Of a DNA stretch of 64,000 bases, positions 12,065-41,995 are shown one piece after another. This DNA comes from Phoronis australis. Taxonomy: Eukaryota > Animalia > Phoronida. Within the stretch, counting starts at the first letter, position 1. Each line of letters starts with the position of its first letter. A program made the position numbers and the translations under genes. The notes below the pieces were generated by a model, which saw only the letters and a program-made list of their open reading frames with translations, had not been told where the DNA came from and ran no database searches. The stretch spans positions 1,198,442 through 1,262,441 of the forward strand of contig NMRA01000006.1 of NCBI GenBank assembly GCA_002633005.1, written 5' to 3'.

Positions 12065-12921
12065 TTCTGCTAAAACTAACGATTGCGTAAAGGTATTTCA
12101 ATAAACACAATATACATTCATTGACTGGCCTTGGCGCATTACAAGCTTCAAGGTGTAAGACATATCAAATCCAAATAGAAAAAATATTCTAAAAAGAGTT
12201 AGTCTCACCCACTTGTTAGACGGAGTACAAGCTCTAATTCCTATTTTTGGTTATACTAATTGTCGTAGCCCGCTACATAAATATAGACAATCTAAATCCG
12301 TGGTAATGACCATAAATATAGAATAGGCTAAGCGTGCTACATATATAGACATTCTAAATCTATGGCCATAACCATGATACAGAATAGCGCACTAACCCTG
12401 TATGTAAATCCGACTTTACCAAGTATTCACGAGGGAAGTTGAGATTCCAAATTCATCAAAAAAACACAAAACATTCTTGCACAGCACAGCNTCTGCTAAA
12501 ACAAATGATTGCCTAAAGGTATTTCAATAAACACAATATACATTCATTGACTGGCCTTGGCGCATTACAAGCTTCAAGGTGTAAGACATATTAAATCCAA
12601 ACAGAAAAAATATTCTAAAAAGAGTTAGTCTCACCCACTTGTTAGACGGAGTACAAGCTCTAATTCCTATTTTTGGTTATACTAATTGTCGTAACTCGCT
12701 ACATAAATATAGACAATCTAAATCCGTGGTCATGACCATAAACATAGAATAGGCTAAGCGTGCTACATATATAGACATTCTAAATCTATGGCCATAACCA
12801 TGATACAGAATAGCGCACTAACCCTGTATGTAAATCCGACATTACCAAGTATTCACGAGGGAAGTTGAGATTCCAAATTCATCAAAAAAAAAAAACACAA
12901 AACATTCTTGCACAGCACAGC
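12065..12921. repeat. ~427-bp near-identical tandem duplication joined at a single N (probable assembly or haplotype artefact)
   Basis: 12065-12490 is repeated at 12492-12921 with few SNPs; 'n' at 12491 is exactly at the junction. Confidence 0.85.
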
Positions 12922-14311
12922 CATTCCACCCAAACAACCAAAAGTTTGAAAAAATACAGTAGGATTGCCGCCATAGAAAGGGTGGAATTTTGAAGAACGT
13001 GAAAACCACTAGTTGTGAATTACACAAAAGGACTATTTCCGATGGTTAGTTGTAGAATAATGTTCAATTTGGTGTTTCCCGTAGTATCACAAGAATAGTA
13101 TCTCTTTTGAAGATGGTTACTATGAGTTGTTTGTAAGGAATTCCCACTTGTGGAAAACACTGCCGTCTAGGCTGCTATTTGTAATGATCGTGTACATGTC
13201 GAAAGGGGTACTCAAACTCTCGCAATCGTAAACAAAGATTTCAACGATTTTTTTGTCAGTGGAGTTCAAATTTACATCGTGAACCGTTATAGGCACCTCT
13301 GAAAATACACCTTAATACGAATACCCCATCTCCCATATTCCCCGGTTACCCGTCATGCATGCGGAAATTGCGCATAACATTCCTATTTGATAAACACATT
13401 TGTTGTCTTCTTATTTACTTGTTTATGTATCTACGATTACCGATAGATTCATAGGTGATTTTTGACAATTAGAAGCTAATCTTGTAAGAATTGGTGATAA
13501 TTCAGTGCATTTAATTGCTGCCTGAAGTTGGAAAATCTTTATAATCCGATCCCCAAATAGTAAAGTACACTTGGACAATTTTTGTATATCTAAAATAACC
13601 CTCAAAGACATTGATGAAATTCGTACACACACACACACACCGTAGATAGAAAAAACCTTTAAAAAATTCTTAAATAAATAAAATTAAGCTTATTTCTTGG
13701 AAAGGTTGTCTTCGCAGTTCCTTGGTGTTTTTAGTTTCAAGTAGTATTGAGTAATGAATTTTTGTTCTTCAAAACTGAATTGATTGCTTTCCCTGATTCG
13801 CATTCACGTCATCACTGACGTATCCACGTTAAAAATAAGATGTAACCATGCAGTAGGCAGCGCAGACTCTGTGATAACCACAAGAACTGAATTTGAAGTG
13901 CAGGTGTTCAGGAAGCGTGTACATTTTTGGGACACACTATCTTTTTCCCCAGCCACCATAAACTGAACTACCGGTCGTGTTTCAACTAGGGATTTTGAAA
14001 CAGCCCCAAAGGCACTATACCAGGGACTTCGGTTCTCACCTTTTCAAAAAACAACTCTTTCAAAGAACGACCATAATAAAATAAAGTTTTCCCGAAACTA
14101 GATCACAATAAAACGAATCTTGATCTTATAACGAGCGCAGACGGCCGGTACGAGCTAAGCTGCCTTTCGTATTTTCACACTGTCAGATCTCAGCTATAGC
14201 TACTTGAGGCAGCTCCTCGCTACGGGTCATTGTACTGGTCCCAGGCCCATTCTTACTCACCGTGTTGGTTCACGGTTACTCAACTCTTGAAGGCTGGATC
14301 CCCGGGATTGT

Positions 14312-17300
14312 CCCATCGAGCGAAACTTTTGAGGCATAGGCGGATTTAGGCGCCCCCCCCCCTTGGCTGACGCAAAAAACATAACACCAAGAGCGTAGGG
14401 AAATGTTGAGTTTATTAATTTACCCCGATAATTAAAATTATACGCCTGAAACAAGATTTAAATGCATGCAATTTTAGTGAGTGTTGGGGGGGGGGCTCAG
14501 ATCCAACTTCAAGTGTCAAATTCGGAACACGGCGCAATCGTAACAGAATTATGGCTGAGTATAGGCTCTCCAGCGATATCCCAGGAGACCGGCAGTGGCA
14601 AACCCCCCCTCCCGAGCTCCCCCCATTCGGTGCTATGCGCATCTACAATCGTGGTTTGCGCAAATGTTTACCAACAAAATGTTGGCCCCTCCCTTGTGAT
14701 ATCTTAGATCCGCCACTGTGACGCGACGTACGGTTCTAGACAAACCACGATTTCTCGGCAAAATTAGTCAATAAATCCAACAACTGGTCATTCTTTATAT
14801 GCACTGATCTGTGGCACTAGCTGGATGTCGAGAATAGTCTGGCCATCTGATACAACTTATTGAAGTATACATTAGGAGTTTTTCAAACATATGTTTTTGA
14901 GTGTTAAAATCATTTGCAAATATTTAAGTACGGATGAAAATGGCAATTTGTTTCTGAGTGTAATTATAATTGAAAAGTTTAGGACCTACGAACAGGTACG
15001 ATTAGGTATCTTTAAAAAACTACACGTGAATTAATTTGCGTAACTAAGTGCGTGAGTGTTTCTATGCATACATATATTATTACTGTTTTCAATTGTTTGT
15101 ATATCAATTGTTCTATACTATGTTTAGCTGTTGCCCAGATACTTTTTCGTGAATTCGATTTCTGAGAAGTTATGTTATCTACAGTACTTACCAATACCCG
15201 TGAAATAAAATTAAAAAACGACAAGTTTACCTTGTAAAATAATCCAGTCCAATGCTTTGAGTTGCTGACAGTGTACTGCAGACTTGTCAATTGTTTTGCT
15301 TTTGGCGGTTTGTCCCGCTTTTTGATTTTTCAAAATCCCGCCGCACCATCAAAATATCTCGCTTTTTGACACACGTCGATATTGACATTATTATTATCAT
15401 ATACTACTGTAATTTCCTACGCGGCATAGTCCTATTTTTCCGTTCTTGTAAAAAGAAAAAAACGGGACGTTTCATGGGTTTTTGCTGCACCCGCAATTTC
15501 ACATTCGACTGAAAAACAAAAAACGTCTTCGGGTGTTTTTGGGTGTCACGTCGCCCGTTCGACAAAAACGATGTCGGGACATTTTTTGTGTTGCCACCAA
15601 CACCCTTGGGTTCTACTAGAAGTGTCGCTTTTTATCCAGAAGTACCACTTATCAATCCAGTTGTCCCGTTTTTTTACTTTTTTTCTGATTTCTCGAATGT
15701 TAACGGTGACGACTACGCAACAAGTATTTAGAATATAAAATATTGTTATTTTCCAGAGTCCACTTTCTTTAGTAAATTAACAATGGTAAAAATGTGTTCC
15801 AAATATCTCTTGTTTACTGCAACCATAGACTATAGTACATGGACAGCCAACTCCGTATATTTTCAATGGACGAAATCTGTTATCTTACCAAAGACGTTTT
15901 CGGTCTCTTCGGTCTCTGATCTTACGCGTAAGCCGTGACGTCATTAATCAAAAGCGAACCTGGCAAAATTAACAAGTTTTACTTTCGGCAAGTACGTTGT
16001 CTGCTAATTGTGTGGTCGGGTGCCAAAAGTACTCACGATACCAACAGTTCTATTATTGGAAGACTTTGAACAGCGTTTCAATGCCGAAAATATTTTTTTT
16101 TCGTTGTACTGGACAGTGAAATCATAGACTATAGTTGTCTATAATCTATGGTGAAATAGATGCGAGAATTTCCCGGCACAATACATTAACCGGAAACTGA
16201 AATTGGTAATTAGGAGAGTGGCGCCTCCTCTAGGATACTACGCAAGAAAATGTCGGAGTTGCGAATCTGTTGTATATAATATATGCTGCAACACGCACTA
16301 CATGTATCAGGATTACTGATTTTTACTTTCTGAAGAAATGGCTTCATTTCTAAACTTCTATCAAAAGTCCTACACTGCAACCAATGTGATGAGCCATCCA
16401 CAATACCTTTCAAGGCTGCACAATAGATGTTCGCCCATTTTCTGAAAATGATTGTCTTCACATTTCGGATAGGAAGTTGGAGTAATTAGTTTATCATATT
16501 TTTCGTAATTCTCACTGCATCCTGATTTTTGCAGAAGAATGTAATTGTATCAAACGGCACTAAAGGTCTAATTTTAATTACATTAAAATGTATAAAGATG
16601 TGTAATTTTGGATGAATGTCTAACTAAAGTCTGTGACGGGGCGTTAGTAACTGTACTTTTATTGTTATGCTTATTTAGTTGTTATTGTTCATTTATTCTT
16701 ATGCTAATGTGTTTGTTGCGTCTCAATGCGCCTTTGTTACATGGGCATGCGAGTGCGACTGTATGAGTCGGGCACTTCGCTAGCGACAGGCTTCAGAGAA
16801 GGGTGTGTTTCCTTTTTTGGCAACTATGGATTGAGCGTATGTAATTTCGAACTGAACTGTAATGTACATGTATGTGTCAGGTGAAATACACTTTTTGGTG
16901 TTCTTTGGAGATTTTATTTGTTACATTTCTTTACAGCAACTTTTAGGGATACAAATTATAAAATCTCTGTATTTATAGGGGAACATTACACTTAATTAGT
17001 TGAATAATTGATTAAGTATCAATTCATTATTGCACTCTGGCATTTTTCGCATTGAGACAACACTCTTAGTTTTTAGAAATAAAAAATAATCTGTTATTAT
17101 CTATGAAATAAATTTTTATTTTTTTGCATCTGGTATAACCATACACCGTCAGTAACTGATGAAGGGCTTTCTAATGATATGACTTTTATGCAGATCGTTT
17201 GACAACCCTTCCATAGGTGGTGGGCAAAACCTGGGAATGCGGGCATCAGAACTTGCCTATAGCAATGGTTCGCTATTGCAAGAATTGCCGCGTCGCCTTC

Positions 17301-18279
17301 GCAATAATGTGCTTAGACCATCTTCACTGCGACCAGCCATACACCCTTTGACACAACAGTCTGCTGATTGAAGAACAGGCTTGTTGGATCCAATTAGACA
17401 GCAGCGTTACTTTGAACTGGTTAGTAACAACAAATTTATTTTGCAACATGGTGCATATATAGTGGCTGTTATACAAATATGCTACTTCAACGCCAGTTAT
17501 GTGTTTTTATGCCACCCACCACAATATGACCAATTTCAAAAAAAAAAACAACAAAAAATAAAGAGGCAACAAAGACCGGCATTGTGCCAACACTTGCAGA
17601 GTGCCCAACAAATATCACTGAAAGGCACATGAAGGGAATCTGCTAAACAGCAACAGCTAATCAAATTGCAATGAGCAATACTTTGACAGACAAACATTAT
17701 GTGGAAACATAAATTCGGATAATTTACACGACTGCAAAGAATTGAAATGCAGTGGCCAAACTTATAAATACTCTTGCGGAGTTACTAAAGCTAGCATGCC
17801 CATATTGAAAAATGCTGTGGCGGATGTTTGAACCTAATGGTCAATCAAAAAGTATTATGCCCTTTACTATCACCGTGCAGGCACACCTACAGCTCAGTCT
17901 ACTAGCCCAGGATCATGATCGGTGGATGGTCGAATTTTGATTTGTACCGCTACGTGGGCAGCAGTTCTCATGCCGAACAAAACTTCAGGCCGCACGTGCC
18001 GCGAGCCGCTACTCATTCCTGTTCAACTGTGATTGATAACATGATAGATTTAGCAGGCCGGCCAAAATATTTATGCTCTGTTTTCAAGCTTATAAAGTCA
18101 CAGGTATTAAACCGTTGACTCTGTTTCTTCCTTAGTCATAATCTCCTCCAGATTGATACGTCTTCATGGTTTTCAGTTTTCCAACTTCTTTTCATCTACT
18201 GAGGAAACATATATCAGTGACGTCAGAGTGTGAGCCCTGAGAATCAAGACCTGAAACGGGCCTTCACTAAAAGAGCTCC
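14312..18279. repeat. ~4-kb duplicated unit, copy 1 (truncated by gap)
   Basis: Colinear, diverged match to 19662-23883 starting at cccatcgagcgaaac; differs by SNPs and element insertions. Confidence 0.9.
14335..14718. mobile_element. CAGTGGCGGAT-family MITE present only in duplicate copy 1
   Basis: cataggcggatttagg ... tagatccgccactg; absent at the matching site of copy 2 (ctcttgag|gtacgg, ~19683). Confidence 0.75.
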
Positions 18280-18589
18280 NNNNNNNNNNNNNNNNNNNNN
18301 NNNNNNNNNNNNNNNNNNNNNNNNNNNNNNNNNNNNNNNNNNNNNNNNNNNNNNNNNNNNNNNNNNNNNNNNNNNNNNNNNNNNNNNNNNNNNNNNNNNN
18401 NNNNNNNNNNNNNNNNNNNNNNNNNNNNNNNNNNNNNNNNNNNNNNNNNNNNNNNNNNNNNNNNNNNNNNNNNNNNNNNNNNNNNNNNNNNNNNNNNNNN
18501 NNNNNNNNNNNNNNNNNNNNNNNNNNNNNNNNNNNNNNNNNNNNNNNNNNNNNNNNNNNNNNNNNNNNNNNNNNNNNNNNNNNNNNNNN
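18280..18589. other. Assembly gap (310 N)
   Basis: Run of n. Confidence 1.
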
Positions 18590-18676
18590 CCCCACTTTCT
18601 GGCGCCTGTACTTTTCCCAATTCCCCGAGGCAACCTATTGGACTCCCCCTCTCGTGGTATCCTAGATCCACCACTG
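18590..18676. mobile_element. Right end of a CAGTGGCGGAT-family MITE
   Basis: tcctagatccaccactg terminus; left end lost in the gap. Confidence 0.6.
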
Positions 18677-19532
18677 CATACAGACAGTAATGATGAGGCG
18701 AGGTCCTTATTTCAACACTGACAAATCCGTTTTGCTTATGAACGCACACCGGAGCCACTGGACAAAAACTGTATCCGCAGAGTTTCAAAAATTGAATATT
18801 GGCGTGAAGATAATTCCAGCCAGAATGACCGGTTTCCTTCAGCCACTTGATGTTTCTGTTAACGCTCCGTTCAAAGCTAGAGGTTGCGAGATCAGTATCA
18901 GTACTGGCTTGAAACGGCGAGAAAGAATATACCCCGATAGGGTATCGCCGCCGCCCATCCAATGAGAATTTGTATATTCTGTCATGCGGCAGATCCCGCA
19001 AGACATCATTATCAGAGCGTTTGAATGTTGCAGCATAGCTGCTGATGGGCAAATGGTCTCTACCTTTTTCATCAACGCCCGGATTATCGAACACATGGGG
19101 TACAACGCGGATGTCCAAGAGATGGACGCAAGTCACTGGATCTCTTCATTGACTCGGAGATGGAATGAGTGACTCTGAGGACGAGCTGGGTGATTGATAT
19201 GGACTGAACACATGTAGATTTAGAGGTTTCCTCACTGGTTTTTTACTTAAAAGTGTTTTTTGAAAATTTTATGTTAATAAACATATAGTTCCGCAACACT
19301 TTGTTCGATTTTATAAATGATAAACGATCCAAACAAACTGAATTTGTGGCTAAAAGTTGACGCTAAGTAAGCTTTTAAGAGAAAGTTTTCCGAACAAACG
19401 CTCCACTATCTGGACACTTAACACGAGAAGTTGCAACACCAAATAAACGCCCATGGGCGTTTATTCGGCATAATTTCCGAATAAAGGCTCATGGGCTATT
19501 TATCGGGTGGTCTTATCTACGGAAAACCCCGG
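18677..19532 (+). mobile_element. Degraded pogo/Tigger (Tc1-mariner superfamily, DDE_1) transposase fragment and element 3' end
   Basis: Translation KSVLLMNAHRSHW...IIPARMTGFLQPLDVSVNAPFK contains the pogo LQPLD motif, then frameshifts (IPQDIIIRAFECCSI). It ends at ggtcttatctacggaaaaccccgg followed by TA. Confidence 0.8.
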
Positions 19533-19661
19533 TAGTAAGCATCCGAATTGTTAGAGCTTGCGACCGTGAGATTTCACACCAGAGTTCGTTTGCTTAACTC
19601 AGTGTTGTGGATATCAAACAAAGCCTAACTTCATTGCTTCACTTCAATTTCGTTATTTTTA

Positions 19662-22600
19662 CCCATCGAGCGAAACTCTTGAGGTACGGTTCTATACAAA
19701 CCACGATTTCTCGGCAAAATTAGTCAATAAATCCAACAACTGGTCATTCTTTATATGCACTGATCTGTGGCACTAGCTGGATGTCGAGAATAATCTGATA
19801 CAACCTATCAAAGTGTACGTTAGGAGTTTTTCAAACAAATATTTTTGGGTGTTAAAATCATTTGAAAATATGTAATTACGGATGAAAATGGCAATTTGTT
19901 TCTAAGTGTACTTATAATTGAAAAGTTTAGGTCCTACTAACAGGTACGATTAGGTATCTTTAAAAAACTACACGTGAACTTATTTGCGTAACTAAGTGCG
20001 TGAGTGTTTCTATGCATGCATATATTATTATGTTTTCAATTGTTTCTATGACAATTGTTCTATACTATGTTTAGCTGTTGCCCAGATACTTTTTCGTGAA
20101 TTCGATTTCTGAGCAGTGATGTTATCTGCAGTACTTTCCAATACCCATGAAATAAAATTAAAAACCGATAAGTTTACCTTGTAAAATAATCCAGTCCAAT
20201 GCTTTGTGTTGCTGACAGTGTACAGCGGACTTGCCAATTGTCTTGCTTTTGGCGGATTGTCCCGCTTTTTGATTTTTCCCACTATCCCGCCGCACCATCA
20301 AAATATCCCGCTTTTTGACACACGTCGATATATGACATCATTATTATCATATACTACTGTAATTTCCTACGAGGCATAGTCCTATTTTTTCCGTTCTTGT
20401 AAAAAGAAAAAAACGGGACGTTTCATGGCTTTTTGCAGCACCCGCAATTTCACATTCGACTGAAAAAAACGTCTTCGGGTGTTTTTGGGTGTCACGTCTC
20501 CCGTTCGACAAAAACGATGTCGGGACATTTTTTTGTGTTGCCACCAACATTTCACCCTTGCGTTTTACCAGAAGTGTCGCTTTTTATCCAGATTCACCGC
20601 TTTTCAATCCAGTTGTCCCGTTTTCTTTTATTTTTTTTCTGATTTCTCGAATGTTAACGGTGACGACTACGCAACAAGTATTTAGAATATGAAATATTGT
20701 TATTTTCCAGAGTCCACTTTTTTACCATTGTTAATTTACTAAAGTTTAGTAAATTAACAATGGTAAAAACGTGTTCCAAATATCTCTTGTTTACTGCAAC
20801 CATAGATTATAGTACATGGACAGGCAACTCCGTATATTTCCAATGGACGAAATCTGTTATCTTACCAAAGACGTTAACGGTCTCTTCGGTCTCTGATCGT
20901 ACGCGTAAGCCGTGACGTCATTAATCAAAAGCGAACTTGGCAAAATTAACAAGTTTTACTGTCGGCAAGTACGTTGTCTGCTAATTGTGTGGTCGGGTGC
21001 CAAAAGTACTCACGATACCAACAGTTCTATTATTGGAAGACTTTGAACAGTGTTTCAAAGCCGAAATAGATGCGAGAATTTCCCGGCACAATACATTAAC
21101 CGGAAACTGAAATAGTCTGCACAGACCCACGAGATTGGTTCCGTGACGTCAGCTTGTGAGGCCCGGGAAGGAGGCACAGAACAGTTCTCACAGGGGTTTG
21201 CCTGTCAGAACACACGTCAATGCACTCTTCACCCTTTCTTCACTTTGTCCAAAACTACATGCAAATAAGGAAATGTTTTGAGTCATTTCACATCACAAGC
21301 CCTACAGATGAGCACAGAAACTTTATTCTCTCTTGTATTTTTGACCCATTCACTCCCAGTGGAAACCAAGCCGAACTAAGAAAAATGAGGGCAAAAAAAT
21401 GCAAAATCGGCACTTTTCACCCCAAAATCACCACTTTCTTGCCGATGCTCGACTAAAGCCAACATTAGATTCCGAAAGCAAATTTCCTACCGATTCCAAA
21501 AATGTGGTCCAAAAGTACTGTCAACCAACTAGTTTTTTTTGCAAATCTGGCTTGTTTGAGGGCTACCTGAAATCGCGGCCAATTTCTCAGTTGCTACACA
21601 GCAATGCACAACTGCAACAGGGGGCCACCATCTTGAAGAAGAGTGCAGCTACAGCCGAGAAACTGGCCTTTTTTCATTCCCAGCATGTTCACAAATACAA
21701 AAAAAAAAAAACATTCACTTGGCCTACACACAATACCTAATTGAAAAATGTCCCCAAGCCTGGCCTAGCCCTAGATTTTAACATTTTGGCAGTGCAAATT
21801 GGCCGCGGCCACAACCTAACTATTCAGCTCCACCAGAGACCGTAGAGAGGTCTTAGCGTCTTTGGTGCCACCGAACCAGGTTAAAACTGAAATTGGTAAT
21901 TAGGAGAGTAGCGCCTCCTCTAGGATACTACGCAAGAAAATGTTGGAGTTGCGAATCTGTTGTCTATAATCTGTGCTGCAACACGCACTACATGTATCAG
22001 GATTACTGATTTTCACTTTCTGAAGAAATGGGTTCATTTCTAAACTTCTATCAAAAGTCCTACACTGCAACCAATGTAATGAGCCATCCACAATAAATTT
22101 CAAAGCTGCACAATAGATGTTTGCCCATTTTCTGAAAATGCTTGTCTTCACAATTCGGATAGGATGTTGGAGTAATTAGTTTATCATATTTTTCGTAATT
22201 GTCACTGCATCCTGATTTTTGCTGAAGAATCTAATTGTATCAAACGGCACTAAAGGTCCAATTAATGTATAAAGATGTGTAATTAAGGATGAATGTCTGA
22301 CTAAAGTCTGTGACGGGACGTTAGTAACTGTACGTTTATTGTTATGCTTATTTAGTTGTTATTGTTCATTTATTCTTATGCTAATGTGTTTGTTGCGTCT
22401 CAATGTGCCTTTGTTACGTGGGCTAGCGACAGGCTTCAGAGAAGGGTGTGTTTCCTTCTTTTTTGGCAACTATGGATTGAGCGCATGTAATTTCGAACTG
22501 AACTGTAATGTACATGTATGTGTCAGGTGAAATACACTTTTTGGTGTTCTTTGGAGATTTTAGTTGTTACACTTCTTTACAACAACTTTTAGGGATACAA

Positions 22601-23883
22601 ATTATAAAATCTCTGTATTTATAGGGGAACATTACACTTAATTAGTTGAATAATTGATTAAGTAGTCAATTCATTATTGCACTCTAGCATTTTTCGCGTT
22701 GAGACAACACTCTTAGTTTTTAGAAATAAAAAAAAATAATCTGTTATTATCTATGAAATAAATTTTTATCTTTTGCAACTGGTATAAACATACACCGTCA
22801 GTAAGTGATGAAGGGCTTTCTAATGATATAACTTTTATGCAGATCGTTTGACAACCCCGCCATAGGTGGTGGGCAAAACCTGGGAATGCGGGCATCGTCT
22901 TCGCAATAATGTGGTTAGACCATCTTCACTGCGACCAGCCGTACACCCTTTGACACAACAGTGTGCGCTCTTGATTGAAGAACAGGCTTGTTGGATCCAA
23001 TTAGACAGCAGCGTTACAGTGAACTGGTTAGTAACAACAAATTTATTTTGCAACATGGTGCATATATAGTGGCTGTTATACAAATATGCTACTTCAACGC
23101 CGGTTATGTGTTTTTATGCAACCCACCACAATATGACCAGTTCCAAAAAACAAAAAAATAAATAGGCATCAAAGACCGGCATTGTGCTAACACTTGCAGA
23201 GTGCCCAACAAATATCACTGAAAGGCACGTGAAGGGAATCTGGTAAACAGCAACAGCTAATCAAATTGCAATGATCAATACTTTGACAAACAAACATTAT
23301 GTGGAAACAAATTCGGATAATTTACACGACTGCAAAGAATTGAAACAATGCAGTGGCCAAACTTATAAATACTCTTGCGGAGTTACTAAACCTAGCATGC
23401 CCATATTGAAAAGTGCTGTGGCGGATGTTTAAACCTAATGGTCAATCAAAAAGTATTATGCCCTTTACTATCACCGTGCAGGCACACCTACAGCTCAGTC
23501 TACTAGCCCAGGATCATGATCGGTGGATGGTCGAATTTTGATTTGTACCGCTACGTGCGCAGCAGTTCTCATGCCGAACAAAACTTCAGGCCGCACGTGC
23601 CGCGAGCCGCTACTCATTCCTGTTCAACTGTGATTGATAACATGATCATAGATTTAGCAGGCCGGCCAAAATATTTATGCTCTGTTTTCAAGCTTGTAAA
23701 GTCACAGGTATTAAACCGTTGACTCTGTTTCTTCCTTAGTCATAATCTCCTCCAGATTGATACGTCTTCATGGTTTTCAGTTTTCCAACTTCTTTTCATC
23801 TACTGAGGAAATATATATCAGTGACGTCAGAGTGTGAGCCCTGAGAACCAAGACCTGAAACGGGCCTTCACTAAAAGAGCTCC
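19662..23883. repeat. ~4-kb duplicated unit, copy 2
   Basis: Colinear with 14312-18279; carries an extra 771-bp insertion. Confidence 0.9.
21113..21883. mobile_element. 771-bp non-autonomous DNA transposon with 9-bp TSD (Academ/AcademH-like or Mutator-like)
   Basis: TSD aaactgaaa at 21104-21112 and 21884-21892; single copy at the empty site 16194-16202; ends TAGTCTG ... CCAGGTTA. Confidence 0.85.
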
Positions 23884-24329
23884 GGCGTTACCGTAGTAAC
23901 TGGTTTCCAAGTACCATTTTGTTCACATATGATGTTCTTTAGACAAATCGTTTTAATGTAGAAGGTGCACCCAGTAAAGATAGTCAAAAATGGTTCATTC
24001 TGTGTCAAGAAATCGCTGTGTATTTGCATTGTATTTATTTATTATAGTGACAAGTACAATTCAAACAGTTATAGGTATAAAATTCGTAAGAAGAATAGAT
24101 AAGTACTAAGTATTAGTCATTAAACACAAATCACCGTAAATGCGACGGTTTCTAAGTTCAAAAGTAGACTTGATATATTTTTCGAATTACTTAGGGATGT
24201 ACTGAAACAGCAGTTTTAACGTAACTATAATCTTCTGAAATCTGAAAAGTTCGGGACTTGAAGTGAAACATTATATATAGAATAAAGCACCGTGAGTTAT
24301 AAAGAGAACAATCAAACACAAAATGTAGC

Positions 24330-25000
24330 TCATCCTACGGAATCAGTATCACAGTGACAATCATCAAAGTCTTTCACTGTGTTTACATAACGACCTGTTT
24401 CCAAGTGCAATGGGAGATTTCCTGGTCTAAACTGAGGCAAAAGAGATCGCCAGGAACTACGAGATAAATTAAGCTTCACAGACGGTTCAGTTAAACACCC
24501 CTGCTCAAATATAATGGAGGTTCTTAACTTGGGTTTTATTACAACAGATTCAGCCCAGACATGTTTTGAGTATTCAGATAGTTTTTTTTTTCTAGCATCT
24601 ACTATGTTACAAGTAGTCAAATTTTGAAAACAGGATTGCATGCCAATTACGTATTTTTGATACTGTCTATCCAACCATTTCTATGCAACAAAGTACTGCC
24701 TTTTTCAATTACCAATCACCACCCGTGGTCACCAATTTGTTCCAAAGACGCAACACATTCAAATTAATAAATCTGTTTCCGATAGAGTCCCACCTCATGT
24801 CACCACTAACAGCATGAGTGTCTGTACGGGTTTACCCCTAAATAAAAACGCATAGCTCTGTTTTGAAAATTTTCATCATTACCAAAACTTTCGTAACCCC
24901 AGATAGATGACTCGTAATAAAAAATTGGTGCCACACACGAGTTAAATAATGTTTTAAATGTTTCGAATCTTAGATTCTTGTTAACAAGGAATATATGTCG
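24330..25000 (-). mobile_element. Degraded LINE (non-LTR retrotransposon) ORF2 3' region
   Basis: Minus-strand fragments FKTLFNSCVAPIF, NRAMRFYLGV and KPKLRT...QFRPGNLPLHLETGRY resemble the post-RT region of invertebrate LINEs; frameshifted. Confidence 0.7.
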
Positions 25001-25129
25001 AGCATATCTTCCCTAACGCTCTACCTGAAGCTTGAGGATAACTCGCATTCAAATTTAAATGACCTACGTGTTCACTCACACATGCGAGCTTGGTGGTGAG
25101 AAATGAAACTAACTGTGTGTTTACTACTG

Positions 25130-25437
25130 TTTTTCATGACGTCACCATCAAGAGCTTAGTACTCTTGGAGAAAACATTATTTTTTACTAGATTATTCTTT
25201 AACCTTACAATAACATGCTTGAATCGATTTTTTATTTAAATAATAGTTGAGAAATATATTTTTTACATGTTTTTGGAGAAATTCTGAAATATTGTAAAAG
25301 GAAATTATGAAGCACCGTGCTTAGTTTACTACGTCATCACACGTGTACTCAAATATTCAGCCATCTTCCGACTATTCAAGTCTGCTTTTCCTTCTTATCC
25401 GTTATTTTTCAAAAAATTGGAAACAGTACGTAAAGAT
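25130..25437 (+). promoter_or_regulatory. Probable VCP promoter / 5' UTR
   Basis: Immediately upstream of the ATG: TGACGTCA near 25137, acgtcat and CACGTG near 25331-25345, YY1-like GCCATCTT near 25360. Confidence 0.4.

Positions 25438-41995
<16,558 letters not shown>

Noticed and set aside
12065-12921. Genuine tandem duplication
   Set aside because: The junction is exactly at a single N and the copies are near-identical, so overlapping contig ends or haplotypes are more likely.
18173-19136. ORFs of 129-289 aa spanning 18.2-19.1 kb
   Set aside because: Artefacts of the N gap; the real signal is the + strand pogo relic.
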